From Myxococcota bacterium (lineage in GTDB: Bacteria > Myxococcota_A > UBA9160 > SZUA-336): a stretch of 64,000 bases of DNA. The notes under the pieces were generated by a model. That model had not been told where the DNA came from, did no database searches, and saw only the letters and a program-made list of their open reading frames with translations. Both the position numbers and the translations under genes were made by a program. Where the stretch lies: contig CBDFGR010000002.1 in NCBI GenBank assembly GCA_965247115.1, positions 896,001-960,000 on the forward strand, written 5' to 3'. Shown here piece after piece: positions 39,571 to 48,022 of this stretch. Each line of letters begins with the position of its first letter. Position 1 is the stretch's first letter.

Positions 39571-39660
39571 GCGAGACTCTCAAGCGAGCTCGCGTCGGGC
39601 AGTACGTCCTCCCGGATGCCGGTACCGATCGTTGTCGGGGTTCTCCTATGCTCGAGGCCG

Positions 39661-40476
39661 CTACGAAAGGTCGGGCTTGTCCTTTGCGACCGAGAGGTTC
39701 CAGCTGGGAGTCCGCTTCTCCAGGAAGGAGACGACGCCCTCACGCGCGTCCGCCTGGTCTCCGGCCCACGCCAAGAGGGGTCCTTCGCGTTTCCCCATCT
39801 CTTCGACCGACGCGTTGATGCCTTCCCACAGGAGCCTCTTGCTGATCGCGACAGAGACGGGGGCCGTGTTGAGCGCGATGTCGCGGGCACGCTTCAGAGC
39901 CATGGGCAGCACGTCTTCCGCCGGAAGCGCCTTGGTGGCGAGGCCGAGCTCGGCCGCCTCGGAGCCGAGGATCATGCGACCCGACAGGAGCAGGTCGGCC
40001 GCGTTCGACAGGCCCGCAACCCGGGCCACGATCGCGTGTGATGATAGCTCCGCGATGATGCCACGCCGGACGAACGCGAACTGGATCTTGGCCTTCTCCG
40101 CCACGTAGCGAATGTCACAGGTCATGGGGTACGTGATCCCCACCCCGACCGCATGTCCGTTGATCGCGGCAATCACCGGCTTGTCGATCTGCCACGGCAA
40201 GATCAGTCGGCGCTCTCCCGCAGCTGGCTGCTCTCTGCGGCTCTCGCGTCCTCCAAACGTTTCGCCACCCCCACCGAGATCGGCTCCGGCACAGAACGCT
40301 CTCCCGGCACCGGTGACCACGACCGCGCGCACGTCGTCGTTGTCGTTGCATGCGTGGAGCGCGCCGCTGAGCTCCGCGGCCATCTGCCCGTTCCATGCGT
40401 TCATCCGCTCGGGCCGATTGAGAGTGATCGTCGCGACCTGGTCCTTCACGTCGAAGAGAATCGCCTCGTAGTCCAT
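39661..40476 (-). CDS. Enoyl-CoA hydratase/isomerase family protein
   Basis: TLNRPERMNA, AFCAGADL, KPVIAAINGHAVG. Confidence 0.92.
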   Translation of the reverse strand: MDYEAILFDVKDQVATITLNRPERMNAWNGQMAAELSGALHACNDNDDVRAVVVTGAGRAFCAGADLGGGGETFGGRESRREQPAAGERRLILPWQIDKPVIAAINGHAVGVGITYPMTCDIRYVAEKAKIQFAFVRRGIIAELSSHAIVARVAGLSNAADLLLSGRMILGSEAAELGLATKALPAEDVLPMALKRARDIALNTAPVSVAISKRLLWEGINASVEEMGKREGPLLAWAGDQADAREGVVSFLEKRTPSWNLSVAKDKPDLS

Positions 40477-40503
40477 CGCTTCCTCCCCGCGGTGGGTGAG
40501 CTC

Positions 40504-41136
40504 TCAGCGCTCTCCCATCATCGCGGCCACCGTCTCCTTCACGCCCCAGTCGGCGAGCTCGGCCGCCGTGAGCCAGCGCATCCCACCGCCGGGGAGACGC
40601 GACGCACGGGCCGGACCCTGGCTGAGTGGACGTTGCGTCTCGTTGAATCCACCGCGCCACAGCACCCGCCCCGTCGGCGCGCTCCGCAGGGTGAGCTGGA
40701 AGGCAACACTCGCGGTCTGAGAAGCAGAGACCGAGCGCCCAGCCCGGTCTCTGTAGCGGGAGACGTGACCGAGCAGCAGCGCGGTCGCCTCGAATTCCTC
40801 CGCAGCCACGCGCGCGGCGACTCCTAGATCGTTGGCGGCGTCATCGCCACGGACGGTCAGCACCCGAGCGAACACGTCGGCGGCCACGACGTTGCTCCCC
40901 CTTGCCGCGAGATCCGCGGAGACCAGCTCCTGGATCGTGACTGCCGGACTCCGCGCGTCCTGGGACGCCTCGACGAGGTCTGGACCTTCCGAGAACGGCA
41001 GCATCGCAATGCGCTGGAGCAGCTCCCCCGGTGGTGCCGCGTTCTGTTGCTCGACGACGGGCTCGGCCAGCCCACAGCCCGACAGCAGAAGAGCAGCGGC
41101 TACTACGCGGGTGATGAAGGGGAGCACACAACGCAT
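40504..41136 (-). CDS. Lipoprotein (CsgG/GNA1162-like fold)
   Basis: LLSGC lipobox; RIAMLPF, ASVAFQLTL..TGRVLW. Confidence 0.7.
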   Translation of the reverse strand: MRCVLPFITRVVAAALLLSGCGLAEPVVEQQNAAPPGELLQRIAMLPFSEGPDLVEASQDARSPAVTIQELVSADLAARGSNVVAADVFARVLTVRGDDAANDLGVAARVAAEEFEATALLLGHVSRYRDRAGRSVSASQTASVAFQLTLRSAPTGRVLWRGGFNETQRPLSQGPARASRLPGGGMRWLTAAELADWGVKETVAAMMGER

Positions 41137-41262
41137 GTCAGCTTGCCTCCGAGCGCTTGGTCCGGAGCGTTCCTGTTGCTGCAGTCCCGTCTCGCAACGC
41201 CGACCAGGAGCGGCCGCAGAAGAGGGAAGCGCTCGCGTCCATCATACAGGAGGAACATTGCC

Positions 41263-42447
41263 CTACTCTCCTATCGTGATCTCCAGCTGTCGCTTGATCA
41301 CGTAGTCGCGCTTGCGACGCGCCTCTTGGGCGAGCACCGTTTCGAGCGTCCGGACGCGCAGCTCCCTCAGGAGCTCCGCCATGCGTTCCTGCGCCTCGAC
41401 GCTGTCGCTGCTGATCTTCTCGAACGTGACCCGGCGATCGATCGTGCGCGTTCCGCCCGCCTCTCCGCTCACGGTGATGCGGAGCAGGTTCTCGCCGGGG
41501 TTCAGCGAGATGTAGCCGTCGAAGGTCCCGTCGGGGAACAGGCGAATGGCCCGAGCGGACTGGCTCGTCGACAGGTTGTCGATCCTCACGCCCGCGAGCC
41601 TGGTAAGACTCATATGAGGAACGAAGTCGACGATCCCACCGGGATCCTCGATGATGAGCAGCTCTCCGCCGTTGGCCTTGGCCATGTCCAGGAACACCTT
41701 CGGACGGGACGCGACCTCGGGACCCAGAGCGAACGAATAGATGCGAATCTTCGAGCTCGCTGCGTGCTGAGAGGCGCGGACGGCAGCCTTGGCCGCGGAG
41801 GTCGGGGGCGCCGGGCGGTTGGGCAGCCCATCGGAGAGAAAGATGATCGAGCGATGCCGGTTCTCGCCGTTCCCGGGAGCCTGCTCGAACACCTTGATCG
41901 CTGCGATGATGGCGCCGTAGAAGTATGTCCCACCGGGCCCGGGCCTGGTGGGCAAGGCGTCGAGGGCATGGAGGAGCTCGCTGGTGGGAGTTCCGATGCG
42001 GGCCAGAACCCGCTCCGTACGGTCGAAGGTGATGAGACCCATGCGCGTCGAGTCGGGATCGAGCCGCTCGATCAGCCGCCGGGCGGCGATGAGCTGAGCC
42101 GATGCGATGGTGTCGTCCGGATCGGAGACGACCTCCAGGGACCGTCCCCCTCCCATGGCAATGCGAACGGTCCGCCCGATCTTGCCGTCCCCGTCCACGT
42201 CTGCACCCGACGGCTCGAAGGTACTCGCCGTGCGATCGAGAACGATCACGACGTCGTGGCTGCCGCGCTGGCCCGTGCCCGCCCAGCCGCGAACCTCGAC
42301 CAGTCCCACCGGCTCGCGGACGATCTGCCGCTGTCTCGGAGATTCGAGATCGGCCCAGATGGCCTCCCCGTACGCGCTTGGTGCGGTCAGGCAGAGGCAA
42401 GGAATCAGGGCAAGAGATACAGCGAGAGCGGCGCGCTTCACGAGCAT
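41263..42447 (-). CDS. Secreted VWA-domain protein
   Basis: Signal peptide; MIDAS-like DRTAS, GGTYF, IFLSDGLP; inserted DVDGDG loop. Confidence 0.85.
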   Translation of the reverse strand: MLVKRAALAVSLALIPCLCLTAPSAYGEAIWADLESPRQRQIVREPVGLVEVRGWAGTGQRGSHDVVIVLDRTASTFEPSGADVDGDGKIGRTVRIAMGGGRSLEVVSDPDDTIASAQLIAARRLIERLDPDSTRMGLITFDRTERVLARIGTPTSELLHALDALPTRPGPGGTYFYGAIIAAIKVFEQAPGNGENRHRSIIFLSDGLPNRPAPPTSAAKAAVRASQHAASSKIRIYSFALGPEVASRPKVFLDMAKANGGELLIIEDPGGIVDFVPHMSLTRLAGVRIDNLSTSQSARAIRLFPDGTFDGYISLNPGENLLRITVSGEAGGTRTIDRRVTFEKISSDSVEAQERMAELLRELRVRTLETVLAQEARRKRDYVIKRQLEITIGE

Positions 42448-42524
42448 TGGGGGCGATCGATTGTAACAAAGGCGCCGATGCCACCCCTATAATGCTTCGC
42501 GATCGGAGGTCGGGAGGCTCGCAC

Positions 42525-43646
42525 ATGTCAGCTGGTGGATCCCGGAGCTTGCGCGGTGTGATCGCGCTTCTGCTCGCAACGCTGGCCTCGGCCACCGTTG
42601 CCGGCCTCGCGGTCTACCTGAGCGCCAGCAGCGAGCTACGCGCCGCCTCGGACGACAAGTACCTGGCGCTGATGCATGTGCGGCGCGACGCCTTGAGCGA
42701 GTACCTCCGCTCAGTCCTGGAGGAGACCCGGTTCTGGAACAAGAACCGGGTCATGCGCAGCGCGCTCATCGAGTTCGCCGCCGCCTGGAAGGAGCTCTCC
42801 GAGCCCGAAACCACGCTTCAGAGGCTCTACATCGATGACAACCCGTTTCCGGAGGGCGAGAAAGACAACCTGGAGTCCGCAACCGATGGATCGGTGTACA
42901 GCGAGGTCCACTCCCGCTACCACTACTGGTTGCGCAGTTTCCTGCTTCACCGCGGCGTCTACGACGTCTTCCTGTTCGATCCGAGTGGAAACCTGGTCTA
43001 CACCTCTTTCAAGGAGCGCGACTTCGCCACGAACCTCGTGACCGGCGAGTGGAAGGACACGGACCTGGGAAGAGCCTTCCGAAAGGCCAGGGAGAATCCC
43101 TACCCGAGCTACGTCGCCTTCTTCGACTTCTCGCCCTATGGACCGAGTCACGGCGCCCCGGCGAGCTTCTTCGCGAGCGCGGTCCTCGACGACGCCGGTA
43201 CTCTGCTCGGGGTGCTGGCTTTCCAGATCCCGGCGGATCGGATCAATGAGATCATGCAGGTCACGGCCGGCATGGGCGAGAGCGGGGAGACCTACGCGGT
43301 GGGCACGGACCTCTTGATGCGCAGCGACTCTCGCTTCTCGGAGGAGCCGACCACGCTGAAGACGCGCGTGGACACGCGCACGGTCTCCCTGGCGCTCGAC
43401 GGCGAGAGCGGAATGGACGTCGTGGCTGACTATCGCGGTGTGCCCGTCTTCTCCGCCTATGGGCCGCTCGATTTCGAGGGTGTGCGGTGGGCGGTGATGG
43501 CCGAGATCGACGAGGCCGAGGTGCAGCAGCCGGTGGCACGAATCCGCAACTGGGTACTGCTCGCTTCGATCATCGGCGCTCCCCTGGCGACGCTGCTCGG
43601 GCTGGTCGGAATCAGGGCCGCAGGCCGTAGGGGCGGCGAGCAATGA
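42525..43646 (+). CDS. Stand-alone periplasmic Cache-domain protein (MCP-like sensor, no output domain)
   Basis: TM - YDVFLFD..GNLVY..KERDF.TNL, GMGESGETY.VG, DYRGVPV.SAY, WAVMAEID - TM, then a stop. Confidence 0.82.
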   Translation: MSAGGSRSLRGVIALLLATLASATVAGLAVYLSASSELRAASDDKYLALMHVRRDALSEYLRSVLEETRFWNKNRVMRSALIEFAAAWKELSEPETTLQRLYIDDNPFPEGEKDNLESATDGSVYSEVHSRYHYWLRSFLLHRGVYDVFLFDPSGNLVYTSFKERDFATNLVTGEWKDTDLGRAFRKARENPYPSYVAFFDFSPYGPSHGAPASFFASAVLDDAGTLLGVLAFQIPADRINEIMQVTAGMGESGETYAVGTDLLMRSDSRFSEEPTTLKTRVDTRTVSLALDGESGMDVVADYRGVPVFSAYGPLDFEGVRWAVMAEIDEAEVQQPVARIRNWVLLASIIGAPLATLLGLVGIRAAGRRGGEQ

Positions 43647-44734
43647 GGGGCTGGAACATCGCGCTTGCAGCGGCGCTCGTGCTGACGTGCGGCGAGTCGA
43701 CCGAGCCCGGACCCCCGCCGCGGGTCGCGACCGCGCTGGTCGTGGAGGAGTCGATTCCCCTCTCCCATGAGTTCGAGGGTCGAACACTGCCCTACGAGCG
43801 TGTCGAGCTGCGCGCAGCAGTCGAGGGTCAGCTCCTGTCGGTCGAGGTTGCAGACGGGAGTAAGGTCAGGGCTGGGGACATCCTGTTCGTGATCGAGTCC
43901 GAGGCATACGAGACCGCTGTCGCACGCGCTGATCGAGAGCTGCAGCAGAGCGAGGCGTCGCTGGCGAGTGCGCGCGCGAACCTCGCGCTCCTCCAAGAGC
44001 GCTTCGAAGCAGGAGAGATGAGCCGAGAAAACTACGAGCGCGAGGAAGCCGAGGTGGAGCAGTCGCGCGTCCTGGCGGAGGCTCGTGGTAACGCCCTGAC
44101 GCGCGCGCAGTCCGCTCTCGCCAGTACGAGGCTCACGGCGCCGCTGAGTGGTCGCGTCCAGCTCGGCGCGAGCGAGGTGGGCTCGAGCGTCGACTCGGAT
44201 AGCGGGGTGCTGGCGACGATCACCCGATTGCACCCGATGCGAGCTCGTTTCATGGTCGATCGGCCCGAGGTTCTCGACGACACCGAGCACGGCACCGCTC
44301 CAAGGGACAAGCACGATCCCCTTGCGACACTCGAGCTCAGGCTCTCGGATGGCACGCTCTATCCGTTCGCGGGTAGGCTCGAGTCCACCGAAGACGCGGG
44401 TTCGGGGAACGTGGAAGTTCTGGCGTTGTTCCCCAATACGGAGGGCACGTTGCTCCCCGATCAGCCGGTGAACATCACCCTTCTCGTGCCCGGCTCTGCC
44501 AGGCCACGGCTCCTCGTGCCGACCAGCGCGATTCACAGCAGCTGGAGGGGAAGCTTCGCGCTCATCGTAGATGCGGAGAATCGAGTCGAGCGGCGCAGAA
44601 TCGAGACCGGAGCGCTGATCCGGTCCCGCCAGATCGTGGAGCACGGACTCGCTGCCGGGGAGCAGGTGGTGCTGGAAGCTGAGGAGGGTATTCGTCCGGG
44701 CATGGAGGTAAATCCGGGGGCAAGCGAGAGCTAG
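43643..44734 (+). CDS. RND-type membrane fusion protein (AcrA/HlyD-like)
   Basis: VELRAAVEG, G..LF.IE, coiled-coil hairpin, APLSGRV, LLVPTSAI, GL.AGEQVV. Confidence 0.85.
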   Translation: MRGWNIALAAALVLTCGESTEPGPPPRVATALVVEESIPLSHEFEGRTLPYERVELRAAVEGQLLSVEVADGSKVRAGDILFVIESEAYETAVARADRELQQSEASLASARANLALLQERFEAGEMSRENYEREEAEVEQSRVLAEARGNALTRAQSALASTRLTAPLSGRVQLGASEVGSSVDSDSGVLATITRLHPMRARFMVDRPEVLDDTEHGTAPRDKHDPLATLELRLSDGTLYPFAGRLESTEDAGSGNVEVLALFPNTEGTLLPDQPVNITLLVPGSARPRLLVPTSAIHSSWRGSFALIVDAENRVERRRIETGALIRSRQIVEHGLAAGEQVVLEAEEGIRPGMEVNPGASES

Positions 44735-44737
44735 CGG

Positions 44738-45859
44738 ATGAGAACACGCTCCGAGCCTCCCGAGTTCCAGCCCGGTCACCCAGCGCACGAGGTGTTCTGG
44801 GAGCTGACCCACCTCTATCAGACGGAAGAAATTGGCCTGTGCATGCTGGATCGCGAGCTGCGGTACGTCCGCATCAACAATCTGCTGGCGCGTACACATA
44901 GGGTCTCCGTCGAAGACCACCTCGGGCGCACGCTTCGGGAAGTCAGTCGGTACGTGGCGGACGCGCTGGAGCCCCTGCTGCGCAAGGTGATCGAGACGGG
45001 CGAGCCCCTGCCGCACTTCGAGCTGCAAAGTAGCTGGCCGGGACCCGAGGAGCGGCGATGGTGGCTGTCAAACTATCGGCCGCTCAGGTCGCAGTCGGGA
45101 GAGGTGGTCGGAGTCAGCGGCGTGGTGCGAGAGATCACGGACCTCAAGCGTGCGGAAGACGCTCTTCGCGCCAGCGAGGCGGCTCTGCGCGCCAGCGAGG
45201 CGGATCTTCGCGAGCTGGCAGGGAGGCTATTGCAGGCCCAGGAAGAGGAGCGCAGCCGATTGGCACGCGAGCTCCACGACGACCTGAGCCAGCGACTGGC
45301 CGTGCTCGCAATCGAGGCGGGCAAGCTAGAGCACGAGCTGGACAGCGACGCCACTATGGGTAGGGCACGCGCTCGCGGGCTCCGCGACCAGATCGCGAGC
45401 ATTTCCCAGGACGTGCACGCGATCTCACGACAGCTCCACCCGTCGATCCTAGAGGACCTGGGCCTGACCAGCGCCATCGAATCGGAGTGCTCCCGCTACG
45501 CGCACCATGAGGGCATCTCGATCCAATACGAGCACCACGACATCCCACCAGAACTGCCGAAAGAGGTCGCATTGAGTCTGTATCGAATTGCACAGGAGAG
45601 CCTGAGGAACATCGCCAAGCACGCCCAGACGAACGTGGCTCGCATCTCGCTCGTGCGAGTAGATGGCGAGGTCCTGCTCAGCATCGAGGACGACGGGATG
45701 GGCTTCGAGCCGACGGAGGCCGAGAGCAAGGCGGGAGTGGGTCTGGCCAGCATGGCGGAGCGGGCCCGCCTGATGCATGGAGACCTGACGATTCGCGCCG
45801 CGTCCGGTAGGGGCACGCACGTCTCTGTACGCGTACCCCTGCCAGAGGCCAGCGCATGA
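44738..45859 (+). CDS. Cytoplasmic PAS histidine kinase (HisKA_3)
   Basis: LDRELRYVRIN PAS, ERSRLARELHDD, QESLRNIAKHA, DDGMGF. Confidence 0.92.
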   Translation: MRTRSEPPEFQPGHPAHEVFWELTHLYQTEEIGLCMLDRELRYVRINNLLARTHRVSVEDHLGRTLREVSRYVADALEPLLRKVIETGEPLPHFELQSSWPGPEERRWWLSNYRPLRSQSGEVVGVSGVVREITDLKRAEDALRASEAALRASEADLRELAGRLLQAQEEERSRLARELHDDLSQRLAVLAIEAGKLEHELDSDATMGRARARGLRDQIASISQDVHAISRQLHPSILEDLGLTSAIESECSRYAHHEGISIQYEHHDIPPELPKEVALSLYRIAQESLRNIAKHAQTNVARISLVRVDGEVLLSIEDDGMGFEPTEAESKAGVGLASMAERARLMHGDLTIRAASGRGTHVSVRVPLPEASA

Positions 45860-46497
45860 CGCGCGCACGTGTGCTGCTCGCTGACGATCATCGGATCGTC
45901 GCCGATGGCCTGCGGGGTCTGCTCGAGCCGGAGTTCGAGCTGGTCGGAAGCGTCGAGGACGGTCGCGCCATGGTGGCCACAGCAAACGAGCTGAATCCGG
46001 ACGTCGTCGTGGCGGACATCTCGATGCCTCTGCTCAATGGCATCGAGGCCGCGCAGCAGCTCAGGAAGTCAGGCTCCAAGGCCAAGGTCATCTTCCTCAC
46101 GATGCACCCCGACGTCATGTACGCGATGAGGGCGTTCGACGCGGGCGCGGCGGGCTTCGTCCTGAAGCACTCCGCCGCCTCCGAGCTCGTGAACGCGATC
46201 CGAGAGGTCCTGGAAGGACGGACGTACATCACGCCGCTCCTGGCGAAGGAGCTTATCGAAGCGTACAGCGAGCGGGAGCAGCGCAACGCCGATCCGCTGA
46301 ACAGGCTGACTCCCCGACAGCGCGAAGTCCTTCAGCTCCTGGCCGAGGGCCGCTCCGCGAAAGAGATCGCCGCTGTCCTGAACGTCTCGCGCAGAACGGC
46401 CGAGTTCCACAAGTACCGCATGATGGAGGAGCTCGGCATCCGCACCAGCGCCGAGCTCATCCAGTTCGCCATCCGCCACGGAGTCATCTCGGTCTAG
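45856..46497 (+). CDS. NarL/LuxR-family response regulator
   Basis: LADDH, DISMP, K, LTPRQREVLQLLAEG HTH; ATGA overlap. Confidence 0.95.
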   Translation: MTRARVLLADDHRIVADGLRGLLEPEFELVGSVEDGRAMVATANELNPDVVVADISMPLLNGIEAAQQLRKSGSKAKVIFLTMHPDVMYAMRAFDAGAAGFVLKHSAASELVNAIREVLEGRTYITPLLAKELIEAYSEREQRNADPLNRLTPRQREVLQLLAEGRSAKEIAAVLNVSRRTAEFHKYRMMEELGIRTSAELIQFAIRHGVISV

Positions 46498-46562
46498 GGC
46501 CGTACCCCCAACCGAGATCTCTCTGGTATCGCGGCCGCTAACCCCACTCGCAGAGCGATCAT

Positions 46563-47258
46563 CTAGGGCGAAGCGCGCGCCCCTCCAGGCACCTCCAACG
46601 GATCGAGCAACCCGCCGCGTCGCCAACCCTCTCTGAGCAGCCACGTGCGTGCGGCGGCAACGGACCGAGGCCGCGGACGACCCTCTTTGCGGGCAGCGGT
46701 GCCTCTTCTCCAGCCATCAAACCAGCGCCCCGATGAGGCGGGATCCAGCTCCCGAAGCGCCCTCCGCCGATGGCGGGCCGCGTTGAGCAGTACGTACCGG
46801 ATCACATTCCGGACCTCGCGCGGCGTCTTCAGCACGCGCATGTGGTAGCGATCCGCCAGCAGCCCACCGCGCCACCCGAACGCGCTCCGCATCGCCCAGA
46901 CCATCCTCCTGCTGAGAGATTTCATCCCCCGACCGAGCGCATGGCGATCCTTCGCCTCGACGATGAGGTGGGCGTGATCCCGCAAGAGCGCATAGTGCAC
47001 CACCCGAAACTCCCCCCTCTCGCACCCCCGCGCCAGCGTCTCCTCGAACGCCCGAACAAAGCCTGGAGCCCGCAACGACGGGGCACCGTCGCGCACCCGC
47101 AGCGTCACGTGACACGGATGCCTCGACGCGAGACTCCGCCGACTTCGATGGCGGACCAGCGGATTCGCCCCAGGCTTGCGTCCCGCCCCTTCGCGCCGCC
47201 CGCCATGACGCGCCAGAGGCCGTAGACTAAGCGAGAGCTGTCGATCTGACTGCTTCAT
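46563..47258 (-). mobile_element. REP-associated tyrosine transposase (RAYT)/IS200-IS605 HUH Y1 transposase
   Basis: HVTLR, HYALLRDHAHLIVE (HUH), DRYH, NVIRYVLLN (catalytic Tyr). Confidence 0.85.
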
Positions 47259-47276
47259 GTATTCACCAACTGGTGT

Positions 47277-47305
47277 AGATTAGGGCTTTCTACTTATTTT
47301 GTCAA
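47277..47305 (-). promoter_or_regulatory. Near-consensus sigma70 promoter for the RAYT gene
   Basis: TTGACA-17 nt-TAATCT on the minus strand, 18 nt before the ATG at 47258. Confidence 0.7.
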
Positions 47306-47309
47306 GGGG

Positions 47310-47884
47310 TGGTCCGGTCCTGGCACATGGTTTACAGAAGTCCGGGAACATCGTTGACACCTGGGAGATGCCCTGGATGGAAACGAATAAAGAAGATCAA
47401 AGGGGGAATTTCGTGATGGAGTTCCTGAGCGGACAGTGGTCGATGACCGAGCTCTGCGAGCGCTACCGCGTGAGTCGTCCGACCGGGTACAAGTGGCTCC
47501 ACCGGGCCAACGAGGACCTTGCGGGACTCCGCCATCGGTCTCGAGCGCCCACACGCCGTCCCCACCGCACGCCGGCGTCCATAGGTAACAGAGCAGACCG
47601 GGAACATGGGCAACAGTCGGGTTTAGGGTGATGACGAATTTTCGGCGAGAGGAGAGGACATGCCCCCTCGAGGGTCGGTACATCGGAATCGACGAGACGG
47701 AGGACGAGATCTGGTCGGACTACTTCAGAGACGTCTTGCTCGGTCGCTATCACGAGGAAGAGCGGACGTCTTCGGGTAAAAACCGGGCTCCTGCGAGCCC
47801 GTGTCTCGAAGCCAAAGACATCAAGGGAACAGAGAAAGAAAAACACAGAGTGTCACCCATGTTGCCGGTCTAACCGTCAGTACA
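47310..47884 (+). mobile_element. IS481-family transposase remnant (N- and C-terminal fragments, core deleted)
   Basis: 47368 MPWMET...SMTELCERYRVSRPTGYKW..RSRAP; C-terminal GRYIGIDETEDEIW..YF..LLG; end motifs at 47342, 47598 and inverted at 47851. Confidence 0.75.
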
Positions 47885-48022
47885 GGCCTGGTAGATGGTT
47901 GGCATTTCAGACCCGGAACCGCTGTAAGAAGACGACAGAGTCAGTCCGGTTCGGTGGATCGAGTTAGAGCAACGGTGGTGCACAACTACCGCGGCTTCGC
48001 TCACGGTCTCCTTCGGAGTCTT

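Noticed and set aside
47281..47306. dif/Xer site
   Set aside because: Only a weak half-site resemblance; better explained as the RAYT promoter.
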